A stretch of DNA of 63,227 nt, filler included, from Salisapilia sapeloensis CBS 127946 (GCA_023334545.1; 9 parts of 9 records of this genome joined end to end with filler, not necessarily neighbours in it), one strand, 5' to 3'. Counted from the first letter of the whole stretch, positions 1-10,682 are shown. Translations and numbers: made by a program. Notes: generated from the sequence alone by a model not told the origin.

Positions 1-141
1 AGCGCCTTCTCGCTCGAGGAGTGGAGCTTCCTCGACGTCGTTGGCATCCAGACCGTCACCTTTGCATTTGAGTGGACGCTCCTCTTCAGCCTCCTACGCG
101 TCCTGCCCACCGCACCCAAGACGCACGAACGCCGATTTTAA
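1..141 (+). CDS. 3' end of an unidentified, probably membrane protein (5'-truncated)
   Basis: Frame 1 is open from base 1 to TAA at 139-141 and reads SAFSLEEWSFLDVVGIQTVTFAFEWTLLFSLLRVLPTAPKTHERRF. It is GC-rich and coding-like, followed by an AT-rich tail. Confidence 0.5.
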   Translation, partial: SAFSLEEWSFLDVVGIQTVTFAFEWTLLFSLLRVLPTAPKTHERRF

Positions 142-287
142 TCAAATGTATTTTAGGTAGGACATGCGTCTACTTGTCGTTGATGTAGGCGAATACGTTA
201 ACATTATCAATGTAGGTGGTCTAGCAAAAAAAGTAGTAGTGAACGCGACGGAAATAATTCTTCAAGTAAAAGATGACAAATGCTTAG

Positions 288-2210
288 TTACAGAACAATT
301 TTCTTCCGCTCATCCTTCTTGGCATGCAGGACGATGCCGTCGACAATGTACTCGTTGAAGAGCAGCCCATCTCCGTTAGGGAAACGCAGACGCTTCTTGT
401 GGACCAAGTCCGGATAGAGGTCGTCCGTCAGGATCTGGACGTACTGCGCCGCTGGCGTCGTGTTCGGCCCGACCTTAACTCGAGACGTAGGTAGCCAGAC
501 GACTGCGATGGCCATCACAAGGAGGAATGCGCATCCAGAGAACGAGGCAGTAGACGAGTAGCCCGGGATCTCCAGCATGATGGTCGTGTAGCCATCCTTT
601 AGTCGTCGCGAGGGGGAAGACGCGACGTGTGCGTGACGGAAGAGATAGGTGAGAGGAAGCAGAGGGTCGGGAGTAGGAAAAGAGGACGTGAAAGCATCGA
701 CAAGAGGGTTGCAGACTCTAGCTGGAATGTAGAACATGGGTGTCCACGTCGTGTAGAATGGTGGAGCAGTCTCAGATGGGAGTATGGGAGGGGAGGTAGT
801 GTAGAGAATGGCAGGCTTAACCTCTTCCTGCTTGAGGTAGAGGGCTTGGCCTGTGGACAGGTGCAGGACGGCTGCTGTGCACGAGTCGCAGTCGACTACG
901 TCGCTTACGTCTTCGAAAGAAAGACTGATCTTTTGCAGCGTGATGGATATGAGTTCTGTCGGGACGTTGTCTTGGATATCGACGGAGCGATCAATGGAGT
1001 AGACGAAGGCTGATGTGTCGTCTTGAACACAGCTGTCCATTTCGCTCTCCTCGCAGTGTGTTTTCCAAGGACCGATGATGGACTTAGGATGGAGTCGACT
1101 GTCTATCTGGTGTGTCAGAACGCAACTGTTGTCTCCACAATGGACACTAGAGTCGTTCTGAGGAGTGACAGGGATGTCGATGTTTAGTGTCAAGATCGAG
1201 ATGGACGTCGATGGCTCCGCGTAGAACGTTGTCAGCTTCACTTTAGACAGATCTGCGTGAGAAATGTAGGAGAGCGTTTCTCGTAATGATGTGGCAAGGT
1301 ACGCTTCTTTTTGTGCCGTCGTAGTGTCCATATTGAAAGCATGTCCATGCACACCCAGATCCTTGTGAAGGACAGACTGCCCTTGGATCCACAAGTGGGT
1401 GAGTGTCGAAATCTCTAAGCTATCTCCCAGTCGGGGTGTTTGGAGGAAGAGATCTGCAATAGTGAACTCACTCGAGTCTTCAGAGCTGGAGGGCACCATG
1501 GACGATGCATCGACTTGTGAGCTCCATTCTGGCAGGATGAAGCCAGTGGTGTGGAGTGTCGAGTCGACGTCTTCTTCTTTGAAACCTTCGAAAGACATGT
1601 CTGAAAAGTCTCCACACTTGTCTTCTACGTGGAACTCTGGGTGTGTTCTGATCATGGACTCGGAAATATACGATTCGAGAGACTCGAGACGTCTGTCGTT
1701 CTCGCGCATGGGTCGCTGGGTGACATAGATGCTGGTGAAGCTGACTGTCATGAGGATGATGACCAGCTTGAGTCCCCAGAAGATCGCTTGGGACTTGGCA
1801 TGCGACCGTACTCGCTTCGGATCGTCGCCAGGGAAGAGATGGCAGTTGTGAAGGTACGTTTCGAGTGTCGGAAAGATGAGTGCATCCAGGTATATCTCGT
1901 ATAGCTTGCTTAGAGAGAAGGTGACGAGTGCATAGACGGTATTGTAGTTCTCGACAACGTCCTCGGCGCCCTTGGCGACGGTCGTGGTGAGCGTCCACTC
2001 CATGTTCGAGACCGTCGCAAAGGCAAAGGAGAAGATGAAGGCAAGTGCTGCGACGACCACGAAGCGCATGGTCCGGAGACTCATGTTGATGATCGAGTGT
2101 CGATCCGTATTCCGGTCTTCAGACGAGTGATCATCCGTCAATGTCGGCGGCTCCTTGGCCAAGCTGTCGGACGCCGGACTTGGCTGGTCTAGCAATGTAT
2201 AGTTTTCCAT
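288..2210 (-). CDS. Uncharacterised oomycete-type membrane protein (3 N-terminal TM segments, large ectodomain, C-terminal TM); paralog of 2357..4471
   Basis: Intronless 640-aa ORF. It shares LHNxxxFPGDxP, RRL motifs and the C-terminal QxxTxxxYPxLxxKKRxRx motif with the divergent neighbour. Confidence 0.8.
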   Translation of the reverse strand: MENYTLLDQPSPASDSLAKEPPTLTDDHSSEDRNTDRHSIINMSLRTMRFVVVAALAFIFSFAFATVSNMEWTLTTTVAKGAEDVVENYNTVYALVTFSLSKLYEIYLDALIFPTLETYLHNCHLFPGDDPKRVRSHAKSQAIFWGLKLVIILMTVSFTSIYVTQRPMRENDRRLESLESYISESMIRTHPEFHVEDKCGDFSDMSFEGFKEEDVDSTLHTTGFILPEWSSQVDASSMVPSSSEDSSEFTIADLFLQTPRLGDSLEISTLTHLWIQGQSVLHKDLGVHGHAFNMDTTTAQKEAYLATSLRETLSYISHADLSKVKLTTFYAEPSTSISILTLNIDIPVTPQNDSSVHCGDNSCVLTHQIDSRLHPKSIIGPWKTHCEESEMDSCVQDDTSAFVYSIDRSVDIQDNVPTELISITLQKISLSFEDVSDVVDCDSCTAAVLHLSTGQALYLKQEEVKPAILYTTSPPILPSETAPPFYTTWTPMFYIPARVCNPLVDAFTSSFPTPDPLLPLTYLFRHAHVASSPSRRLKDGYTTIMLEIPGYSSTASFSGCAFLLVMAIAVVWLPTSRVKVGPNTTPAAQYVQILTDDLYPDLVHKKRLRFPNGDGLLFNEYIVDGIVLHAKKDERKKIVL

Positions 2211-2356
2211 GATCTAGATTGGGTTGAAACGGATGTGAAAGATACCTTTAGTAATGTTTTCGAGCCCCATCGTCCGTCAACAGCTCGCTCCAAACGGTCG
2301 CAAGTGGGAAGAGCTCGTCGCGGAGATGCCGATAGGTACAGACGTTGGGACACCCC

Positions 2357-4471
2357 ATGCGCTCGTTCTGGGTTTTTCTGCATAGAAAGAAGAGGATAAA
2401 GATAGCGTACTTTTACGAGACAGACATCGTGCCGGATCGAGCGCGTGGGTACATCGAGGTAGAAGGCATGACGCGACGCGACTTCCAGCTCCAGTCATCC
2501 AATTCCGCTTCCTCCGACGGAGCCTTTGACCTCGAGTCCCCCGCCGTCATGAGCCATGCGGACTCGAACGAAGACCTTGCGACTGCACCACGACTGCAGA
2601 AGCAGTTTCTGAACGAACGACGCAATAGCGCGTCCTTCAGCAGTGAGTATCACGAGTACGAGGCAGCGACCAAGAAGCCTCCTCGTCCAGAGATCATCCT
2701 GCGCTGGAAAAGGTTTCTCGTGATTGTCCTAGCTGCCTGTGGCGTCGTCTGCGGCATTACGGGAGCGCTCCAGAATGGAATAATGCGGACGGACTTGAAG
2801 GCCGAGGACGCCGAGACCGAGACGGACACGTACAATATCTACTCTGGTGTCGTCGTTGGCGTCCTCGAGTCCATCGTGATGGAACTCATGGGCTTCTTCT
2901 TCCCTGTCTTTGTCGTGTACCTGCACAACCTCCCGTGGTTCCCAGGAGACAACCCAGCCACGAAAGTCTACAAGTTTAAAAAAGTCGTTCTACTCTTGTT
3001 CATGCCCATTGTCATGGTCGCCGTCGGCAACAGCATGTCGGCTGTTCAGTTCAATCAAGTGGCGGAAGATACGTCCAGGCGTCTCCAGTTGGAAGAGCCA
3101 TACGTCTCGACTTCTTACGAATCGTCTAGCCATATCTGGAAGGCTATGCTACCTGCATCATTGGAGCTGGATCATCCGTTGTCTTCATGCACAAAAGACA
3201 TGGAAGGCGTGGATGGATTGCTGCGAGCTGGTGTGGAAAGCCTGCGCGTCGGCGTCGAGACTGGCTTTAGCGTACATGAATGGAGTCATCAAGTGCTTTC
3301 AACGCCGTTGGAGGCTGTAAAATCTGTGAAAAGCAGCGTAGCACAGACTTTGATGTCGGAAGGACAGAAACTGGTGGGTCAAATGCTACGTACAGAGGCA
3401 AATTCATCTCTCGTTGGATTGGATTCGATTGTAGACACTGTGAATACTGCGCTAAAGACAGATGTGTCCAAGACAGACATCAAGGTGGAGACGGAGGTGA
3501 AGCAAGGACTGGACCTGGTCTACAAGTCTGTTCTTCTTGATGTGCCTGTGGAGGACATCGGGTCCTTGGATCTGAACAGCATGAGCAACGCCTGTGGTGC
3601 CACTGGCTGTCTGGTGGGTGAGCAATCTCAACTGAAGCTACCTAGAACCCAGGTCGTTGCCAGTGGGTGTGGAAATGGATTCTTGGTGGCTGGTATATCG
3701 GATTATGCAACGTACGAATCCTGGTCGAAGGCCCAAGTCTCTGGGGTAACGCGTATGATCCGGCTGTCTATTGGAAAGCTCACGTGGTCTATGAAAAATA
3801 TGTTATCGCTGACTCTGAAAAATGGACGCCATGCAGTCGTGACATCCCACCACCTCCCTTCAGTTATCCACGACACCAAGTTGCTACAACTTCTAGAACC
3901 TCGTTCGTCAGATGGACGTACTGCTGTGCCTCTCAAGCTGACAGGGTCATCACTAAGTTCCTGTTCAGCTGCAGTGGAGAAGTACCTAAAGTACACTGAG
4001 AAGAATCACTTGCAGATCGGAAAGGAGATTAGCAGTGTTGCGTTGGAAGCATCTCTTTTACTCGTATTCCAACACGCGGTCCTTGTCGGATCGGACGACG
4101 TCAGTTACGATGCAGCAATGAAGGCGGTCGAGCGACGATTGCAGACGACGCCGGACAATGTGGAAGTACTGCTGAAGAATACGTCGGTCGGAACTATCTT
4201 TGCGTGGATTGCCAGTGGCATTCTGCTGTTGCTGACGATACTCATGCTTGTGGTGCCAAACGAACGAGCGCGACTGTTCCCTCCTCAAGGTGGAAACGCT
4301 CGAGCGGAACGGTTTATTCAGGTACAGACGGAGCAGATTTACCCGAATTTGATCTATAAGAAGCGCTTCCGGATCGGCAAGACAGGAGAGAAGCTCAAGT
4401 TTAACGAGTTTGCCGTAGAATCTGTGAGTCTGCATCACCGACTTGAAGAAGATGAACAGATCGTTCTATAG
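2357..4471 (+). CDS. Uncharacterised oomycete-type membrane protein, paralog of 288..2210 (start codon uncertain: 2357, 2468 or later)
   Basis: ORF of about 700 aa with the same hydrophobic layout and shared motifs (LHNLPWFPGDNP, RRLQ twice, QVQTEQIYPNLIYKKRFRI). Confidence 0.8.
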   Translation: MRSFWVFLHRKKRIKIAYFYETDIVPDRARGYIEVEGMTRRDFQLQSSNSASSDGAFDLESPAVMSHADSNEDLATAPRLQKQFLNERRNSASFSSEYHEYEAATKKPPRPEIILRWKRFLVIVLAACGVVCGITGALQNGIMRTDLKAEDAETETDTYNIYSGVVVGVLESIVMELMGFFFPVFVVYLHNLPWFPGDNPATKVYKFKKVVLLLFMPIVMVAVGNSMSAVQFNQVAEDTSRRLQLEEPYVSTSYESSSHIWKAMLPASLELDHPLSSCTKDMEGVDGLLRAGVESLRVGVETGFSVHEWSHQVLSTPLEAVKSVKSSVAQTLMSEGQKLVGQMLRTEANSSLVGLDSIVDTVNTALKTDVSKTDIKVETEVKQGLDLVYKSVLLDVPVEDIGSLDLNSMSNACGATGCLVGEQSQLKLPRTQVVASGCGNGFLVAGISDYATYESWSKAQVSGVTRMIRLSIGKLTWSMKNMLSLTLKNGRHAVVTSHHLPSVIHDTKLLQLLEPRSSDGRTAVPLKLTGSSLSSCSAAVEKYLKYTEKNHLQIGKEISSVALEASLLLVFQHAVLVGSDDVSYDAAMKAVERRLQTTPDNVEVLLKNTSVGTIFAWIASGILLLLTILMLVVPNERARLFPPQGGNARAERFIQVQTEQIYPNLIYKKRFRIGKTGEKLKFNEFAVESVSLHHRLEEDEQIVL

Positions 4472-5401
4472 ATTGGCATCCAGAGCATCGACGGATGCTC
4501 TACTTGCATATTTGACGGAGCCAGATAAGTACATACTGTGAGGATGAATGAAACTTTTAAACATTTTTTGGTAAGTTGCGGAAATGATAGTGGTTTTGTG
4601 CATGTACGGATGGGGAGGTATTGTGCAGCTCATAGAATATCCTGGTCATAAGTGCCATGCTTGCATATAGCATCCATTCTACCTCTGGATGTAGAATACA
4701 AAACCTGTGAGCTGCTTTATGCTTTGTACTTTGTCCTACGACTTATGAAAGCAGATGAGCGCACAATGCACTAGGTGATGCATACAACCACCTTATGAAG
4801 TACAAATAAAGCTCCTCTTCTCTTTCATGCAAAAGCAAGAGGGAAATGGCATTTCCTATGTAAAATCAAAAGTTGTAGGTTGATAACCATGTCGAACATG
4901 GATATATTTTCCGCAGCAAGATCTGAAACTTGAAAAGTGACGTAGCTGAAAAGCTAAATCGTTCAGAAGGAAGCTGTATAATAATATAGTCTAACTTACT
5001 CAGTAGGATTCTAGGTTACCACTGAAATGTAATAGATCATGATTTGTAGACAGGGATGTAGTTAAATTACAACTAAACGGCATGAAAGCTTGGAGTGTTC
5101 CTCTTATAAACGCACGATATGGTGATAAAAGTAAAAGTGAACTATACCATGTCGAATCAGTATCGCAATGCCGCGGATACCTACAACTGGAGCGCCCTGG
5201 ATTAAAAATGATGATAGAAGGAATCTGTCGTCATACAATACTTGAGGAAAATAGCCGAGTCTTTTTTTTTCACCCACTGGTACCGGAACTAACCTCAGCG
5301 TCTTCCACGCTTGCTTCTGTACCTGAAGATAAGACTGTGAAACCAATACAAGAGGTTAAACGGCATGTGCTTTTTCATTCGACATCTTCATGCCTCGACT
5401 C

Positions 5402-5818
5402 TTACTCTTGCGCATCAGGCTGATTGAGCTCATACACGAGCTTATCCGCCCACGCCACACCATCCCTTGACTGTTTCGAAAAGCATAACTGGAACGTCCG
5501 CACTTCCATCGGCTGCATCTCGACAGTCGTGCCGACGAGCTTCTTGCTTGCTTCCGGTCCGCTTCCAATACCTTCTTCCTCTGTCTTCCACTCCATCTTC
5601 CCGCTGTTCACTTCGTTCAGGTCCCATACGCCAGTCAGACTGAGCTCCTTGACGCTCTTTAGCTTTGACTTTTGGGCAAAGAAGAGTTTGCTAAAGTCGA
5701 TATTGGCGTTCTTGGAAAGCTCCGAGTGTTCACCGACGGCGTACAAGTGCGACAGTCTCGTCATGACGCATCCGTCTCCAATCATCTCGAGCGTCGTCAA
5801 TCCAATGTTTGGAGGGAA
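5402..5818 (-). CDS. Lysosomal-type alpha-mannosidase (GH38), C-terminal fragment cut by the contig end
   Basis: TRLSHLYAVGEHSELS..IDFSKLF, VKELSLTG and VEMQPMEVRTF match the recalled GH38 C-terminal beta-sandwich motifs (RLxHLYxxGE...LxPMEIRTF). Confidence 0.8.
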   Translation of the reverse strand, partial: FPPNIGLTTLEMIGDGCVMTRLSHLYAVGEHSELSKNANIDFSKLFFAQKSKLKSVKELSLTGVWDLNEVNSGKMEWKTEEEGIGSGPEASKKLVGTTVEMQPMEVRTFQLCFSKQSRDGVAWADKLVYELNQPDAQE

Positions 5819-5918
5819 NNNNNNNNNNNNNNNNNNNNNNNNNNNNNNNNNNNNNNNNNNNNTTAATTAATTAANNNNNNNNNNNNNNNNNNNNNNNNNN
5901 NNNNNNNNNNNNNNNNNN
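5819..5918. other. Artificial contig spacer
   Basis: 44 N + TTAATTAATTAA (stops in all six frames) + 44 N. Confidence 0.98.
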
Positions 5919-6140
5919 GATGAGCTGATCGAACATGACGGTGGTGGGGTGTTCACGGTGGTGAAGGTGAGCGCTCGGACCGGCAGGAACGTGGACACGG
6001 TGGTGCGGTGGCTGGCGCAGCGGTGGTCGAGCAGCACGTCGGTCGCATTGACGAGCCGAGTGAAGGCACAGTCGGAGCGCGGCAATGCGAGTGCGTCGCG
6101 CGGGGCTGCGGACGGGAACCGCGTGCACCCGACGGCGTAG
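5919..6140 (+). CDS. Arf-like small GTPase, C-terminal fragment
   Basis: DELIEHDGGGVFTVVKVSARTGRNVDTVVRWLA contains a G5 SAxTG motif followed by the xVxxxxxWL helix typical of Arf/ARL proteins. Confidence 0.6.
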   Translation, partial: DELIEHDGGGVFTVVKVSARTGRNVDTVVRWLAQRWSSSTSVALTSRVKAQSERGNASASRGAADGNRVHPTA

Positions 6141-6326
6141 TTGAAGTTGTGTTGAAACGACGTGTTAACTGCTTCTTTTGAGGATTTGACCGAAAAGCTC
6201 GTTGTTCCACCCGAGTCGATAGCAGGGGGCATGGAGCCGCTGCGACGCGAATGCATGGATCGAAAAAGACTCGCAGACGGACGTTGTCCTTCCAAAGCGG
6301 TACGGCGCGAGCAGTATAGAAAGAGG

Positions 6327-6350
6327 CAGATGCCGACCGACCGGTGTATC
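6327..6350 (+). repeat. Left arm of a 24-bp inverted repeat (partner 8166..8189)
   Basis: CAGATGCCGACCGACCGGTGTATC is the reverse complement of 8166..8189 at 22/24 positions. Confidence 0.8.
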
Positions 6351-6595
6351 AGCGATGGCGTTCGCACCCGTTAGCAGGCACATACATTCTCCCATAGCAG
6401 CGTCGTCCACTGGCGCTTCAGAACATCCAGACGGACGAACACGATCCGCAGACCAGAAACAAAATCTTAAGCTCCAGCCACTTGCACCCCAAGCGACTCA
6501 ACAGCAACGATAACTAAGTGGTACAGATCGGAAACACTGTTCGTATTTGCAAATATAATGATCTCTGTGCTATACTCGCTTGCGTTCAACATGTA

Positions 6596-6620
6596 TGTGT
6601 GTGTGTGTGTGTGTGTGTGT
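6596..6620. repeat. (TG)n microsatellite
   Basis: Twelve perfect TG units plus T. Confidence 0.95.
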
Positions 6621-6787
6621 ATGCGTGGAGACTCTCGACCGCCGAGAGCTCCGCCCACAAACCGTGCCGAACGGAAAACGAGCCTTCGCATCCGTAGTAG
6701 TGTACAAAATGCCGTTATATGACGATCCGCGCCAGTCCCTCCTCGACATGAAGAAACAGCTCCGCTGAAATTGACTCAAAACGCTAC

Positions 6788-7189
6788 TTATGCCTGCGCG
6801 CGCACTGCCGCCGACGACGATGACCTCCTAGATTTCGACTGCTGACTCGCCAATGCACGCACAAGCGACCTCAGCTCGGCCATGTGCTGTGTCGCGACGC
6901 CTACTTGCTCTTCAATCGTCTGCACTGACTTTCGCAGACCCGCGAGCTCGTCGTCGTACTCCGGGTCTTCATTCAAGCGCATCCGCTTTCGATCTGCCTC
7001 CATGTCTGTTTCGTCGAGGTCAAAGTCATCCGGCACAAGTGCTGCGCTGTTCGTCCGGCGCCGTCGTCGAGACATGCACTTTTCATGCGGAGACATCGGT
7101 GGGACCGAGTACTCAGATCCACTGTCACTGCTGGAAGGCGAGGAAGTCGAGACTGGGCTCGATACGCTTAGAGGAGAATTGACGTCCAT
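6788..7189 (-). CDS. Small hypothetical protein (Ser-rich N-terminus, basic NLS-like stretches, coiled-coil)
   Basis: 133-aa ATG ORF with coding-like GC. It contains RRRRR and RKRMR basic clusters and a heptad-like segment LAGLRKSVQTIEEQVGVATQHMAELRSLV. Confidence 0.55.
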   Translation of the reverse strand: MDVNSPLSVSSPVSTSSPSSSDSGSEYSVPPMSPHEKCMSRRRRRTNSAALVPDDFDLDETDMEADRKRMRLNEDPEYDDELAGLRKSVQTIEEQVGVATQHMAELRSLVRALASQQSKSRRSSSSAAVRAQA

Positions 7190-8165
7190 TGTTGCAAGGT
7201 GTGAGTTTGGTATTGCTCCGTGGGTAGTAAGTGTGCACCTTCGTCCTCGAGCGCAATTTTAATTGTGAAGCTCGAGTCGAAAGTGGTCCTCAGTCATGCC
7301 AACCGGACCGAGCATACAAACGCAAGTCAGATGGCGGGCGAGAGGGTCCCTGCGACTTTCGGCCAATCGGCGAGAAGGAACGCACCGCAAAACCTTCGCA
7401 CCCTGGTCGCGCTGCTGCGACTCGCGCCCAGTATGCGCGCGCCGGTCGGTCGGAGATCTCGCTGAACTTCGCGCACCTTCGGCGCCAGTTTCTCACACTT
7501 CAACCTCGAACAGCTCTTGATGCCGGCGGTCGGTGACGATCAATGGGGAGCTCTGGAATCTTTTTCCAGGTTTTCCTGGTTCTCATTTCGAGGTTAGTCG
7601 CATATCAAGTTCGTTGGCGTCGTGCACTATTCCTACTAGTAGAAGTCTTTTGGTGCTAGACTCGAGTTGGCGAGAGATACGAATACCTATCGATGCTACT
7701 CTGCAAGTTGATAGGAACATTTTCAGTTCCGTGTGATGGTAGTTAGTTTTCAGTAAAAAGCTGGAGGCGGGGGCGTCTCGTGACGACCCGGCGCACAAGC
7801 CATCCACTCGGAGCGGTGTAGCTACAGTAAGAGATAGTGCAGAACACACTTCGAGGTGCTGTCTGGCAATATCCGAGACCCTTGCTGCCGTGCTTCCAAC
7901 ACACCCAACCGTACGCATACAAAAGACCCACTATACGGAAAGACAGACAGACTTCTTCCAAAAACAGTGCAGATGCAGCGCTGTAGAACATTGACCCGCA
8001 CTGCTTTCGGGCGTACAGGACATAGTACAATCTTGCGGCCCGGCGGTCGCGTTTAGTACGGATTCCGACTTGGTTACTGTAGGGTCTGGGAGACGATTGG
8101 TGGACGGCCGGTCGGTGGGCTTATAGGCACAACACCAGCTGTCGGGCAACCCAGAACACGCCTTG

Positions 8166-8189
8166 GATACACCGGTCGGTCGGTATATG
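8166..8189 (-). repeat. Right arm of the 24-bp inverted repeat (partner 6327..6350)
   Basis: GATACACCGGTCGGTCGGTATATG. Confidence 0.8.
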
Positions 8190-10061
8190 AAAAATTGAAT
8201 ATTGTGAGAAAACAGCGCTGTCGAAAGATAGAGAAGTTCGTTGCTTATCAGGCGCCGAGGACGCCTGCACGTGTCCCACTTCTGGTATGTGGGTGCAGAG
8301 GACCATGGCCTCTCTGTCGCGGAATCTGATGCGCGTGCCTAATTTAGGCGACCTCGAGCCGAGGACAGGGCCGACTCGTCCGTAAGTATCTACCAAGGGC
8401 GAGTTTCAGTCCAATTACGACATACAATCAGGATGCCAAAAAGAATGTATGTAAAATTAGGCCGCGTTCGCGTTAAATACCGATTTGGTATAATTGGGAT
8501 AACACATTTTGTTATTCTGTTCACGATAGTAAAATCAGGTAATTCCGCGTTCGCTGAGAATAGCCGATCCAGAGTAGCTACACGACACTGCAGTGCTTTC
8601 ATAACATGTCAATATAACTTTCCCACTATAGTTAGAGTACGAAAGCAAATGATGGATGGTACAAATGGAAATGCCTTTTATGTTATTGATCCAGCTCACG
8701 TCTCGTGCTGCATCCTCTGTTTGAACCGAGGTTTCAATTGTTATACTCGTTGCAGCATGATTTGTGTAGAAATTGCAACATATAGATGACGTTTTCGGAA
8801 CAAAGTAGGCCTGAATCGATGTACCCTTCGACATCATCTACCTTTTCCTAACCGACGGAAAAGGCCGATTCAAGAGGCATAATACCGATTACAGTTTGCG
8901 CATGCTCGTTCTCGTTCTCTTATTGTATATTTTGCTCCGAATAATCTCCGATTGTCCCCTCAACGAACACGACCTTACTTGTTTCTGGTGTATCTCTGTC
9001 TTCTTCTTTGATGCAATCAAGATGAAACGTTCTTCGAGAAGACTTCAAGCCACGCCTGGGTCTCGAAATGTGCACATTTGAAAAAGCGCGCGAACGACTC
9101 GGTTAGCTCTTCGCTTTTATTTCGGTACAGGCATCGTACAGTGGTAGACGAAATAATTGGGCGGTATTTGTGGCTTGCACTGTACTCCGTCCCACCGAAA
9201 TGGCGAAGAGCTCAATAGCGCAAGTAAATCGAATGCAACTTCAACCTGAATGACTTCGACGAGAAACCACGATACGCTTGACACCATTCCCCGCCAAGAC
9301 ATGACAGAGGATCTGACGGTAGACGTGAAAAGTAATAGAAAGGTGGATAGCGACGTGAGGATAGGACGAACCACCAAAGACTTGGGCATTGATTTTCATT
9401 ACGCTTTCTGTGTTCGTTTTCATAATGCCGAGTATTCCTTACATACCAACGAATTATCTGCTCTACGAAGGTATCCTAAACTTAGTTGTGAACTGTGTTT
9501 TTTCGAAAGAAAGAAATCAAAATGTGTTTTGAGTAGCCCTGCTATCGATACTGTAGAAGCATCTTTAAGCGACAGCTTTGCGAGTCATGCGTTACGTACA
9601 TGCAGGGCGGTGATTAAGCAATCGCAAAATAGATTGATGTCGTATATGAGCTAAAGAAGGAACCCCAGCTCGTCCTGGCTTTCGCATTCGATGAGTGCCA
9701 GAACGGGTATCTGCGAGGACGGAGGTATTGCTGGGTTGGTCATCAATGTCGAATTTGTAGTTGAATGGAGTCCAATACAAGAACTAGAACCCTTTAGCGC
9801 GTCTTCGCGTTGCATGCGCGATATGCACGCCACCATATACGAGGTCCTGACCGTCCAATACGGCCTCCTCCGAGACGAAGAGGATATTGCGAGACTGATC
9901 TCGAGTCGTCAACAAGTAGATACCACAAATTAGCTCTTGTATATTTCTCTGTGGGTGTTAAAAGCATAGTAGACATACTCGCCTGCCTCTCAATCTACTC
10001 GTGAGCGTCCAGATACCATCTTCTGGCCTTTCGCTTTCTAGCTTGAGGTGTGTTCCTACAA

Positions 10062-10481
10062 ACTCAAGTGGAGATACTTGAAAGGATGGATGAGGTTTTC
10101 AGTGAGCTCTCATGAGGCAAGGAATGGCATGTAGAGTCTCTGGACCATCCCATGATACGCTTTGGAATGCGCTTTATCTATCCATGCCGAAATTAGAAAT
10201 TCGAAAAATCAAAGGTTTTGGTGGCCGAATCGCGATCGCTACCTCGCTGTCCGCAAACTCCGGTGTTCGCTTAATCCGCGACTTTTCGAGATAATATAAA
10301 ACTAGTGAGCCAGAATTCGCAACACTTTCCTTACAGTCAGCGCTGTTGTTTTAAGTGACTAGCTTTTGTATACCTCAGAGCAGTCAAGCCGCCAACAAAT
10401 CATCCTCGAGCGCAAAACCCAACGTAGCGATCGCGAGTCGGCCACCAAAACCGTTGATTTTTCGAATTTCTAATTTCGGCA
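10062..10481. mobile_element. Non-autonomous long-TIR (foldback/MITE-like) element, right side cut by the contig end
   Basis: 10185..10242 and 10424..10481 are inverted repeats (56/58 identical). 10062..10185 and the core align with the element at about 45948..46500. The outer boundary is approximate. Confidence 0.75.
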
Positions 10482-10581
10482 NNNNNNNNNNNNNNNNNNN
10501 NNNNNNNNNNNNNNNNNNNNNNNNNTTAATTAATTAANNNNNNNNNNNNNNNNNNNNNNNNNNNNNNNNNNNNNNNNNNNN
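10482..10581. other. Artificial contig spacer
   Basis: 44 N + TTAATTAATTAA + 44 N. Confidence 0.98.
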
Positions 10582-10682
10582 ACGGAGTCATCCTGTTCAG
10601 GGCTAAATCCGGAGCTGGTTGAATTTTGTGCTGCCACTACGGTAAATAGTAGCGAGCAAAGAAGGATGGTTAAACCTCTCAT
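10582..10682 (-). CDS. 5' fragment (signal peptide) of a third paralog of the Cys-rich membrane protein array
   Basis: Reads MRGLTILLCSLLFTVVAAQNSTSSGFSPEQDDS versus MRGLAILFFAFLSALVAARNSSDSEVSLGQDGS in 11451..12014. The upstream DNA is also similar. Not in the ORF track. Confidence 0.75.

Noticed and set aside
5082-5423. 113-aa plus-strand ORF
   Set aside because: AT-rich intergenic composition with no motif; it runs into the mannosidase 3' end.
5819-5918. Recurrent TTAATTAATTAA flanked by N runs (eight times) as a biological repeat or CRISPR-like array
   Set aside because: It is an exactly 100-bp synthetic six-frame-stop spacer. ORFs containing X runs are artefacts, and no linkage can be inferred across it.
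9068-9118. AATGTGCACATT palindrome and adjacent AAAAGCG/CGCTTTT stem
   Set aside because: Short stems expected by chance; no Helitron CTRR end or known RNA motif.
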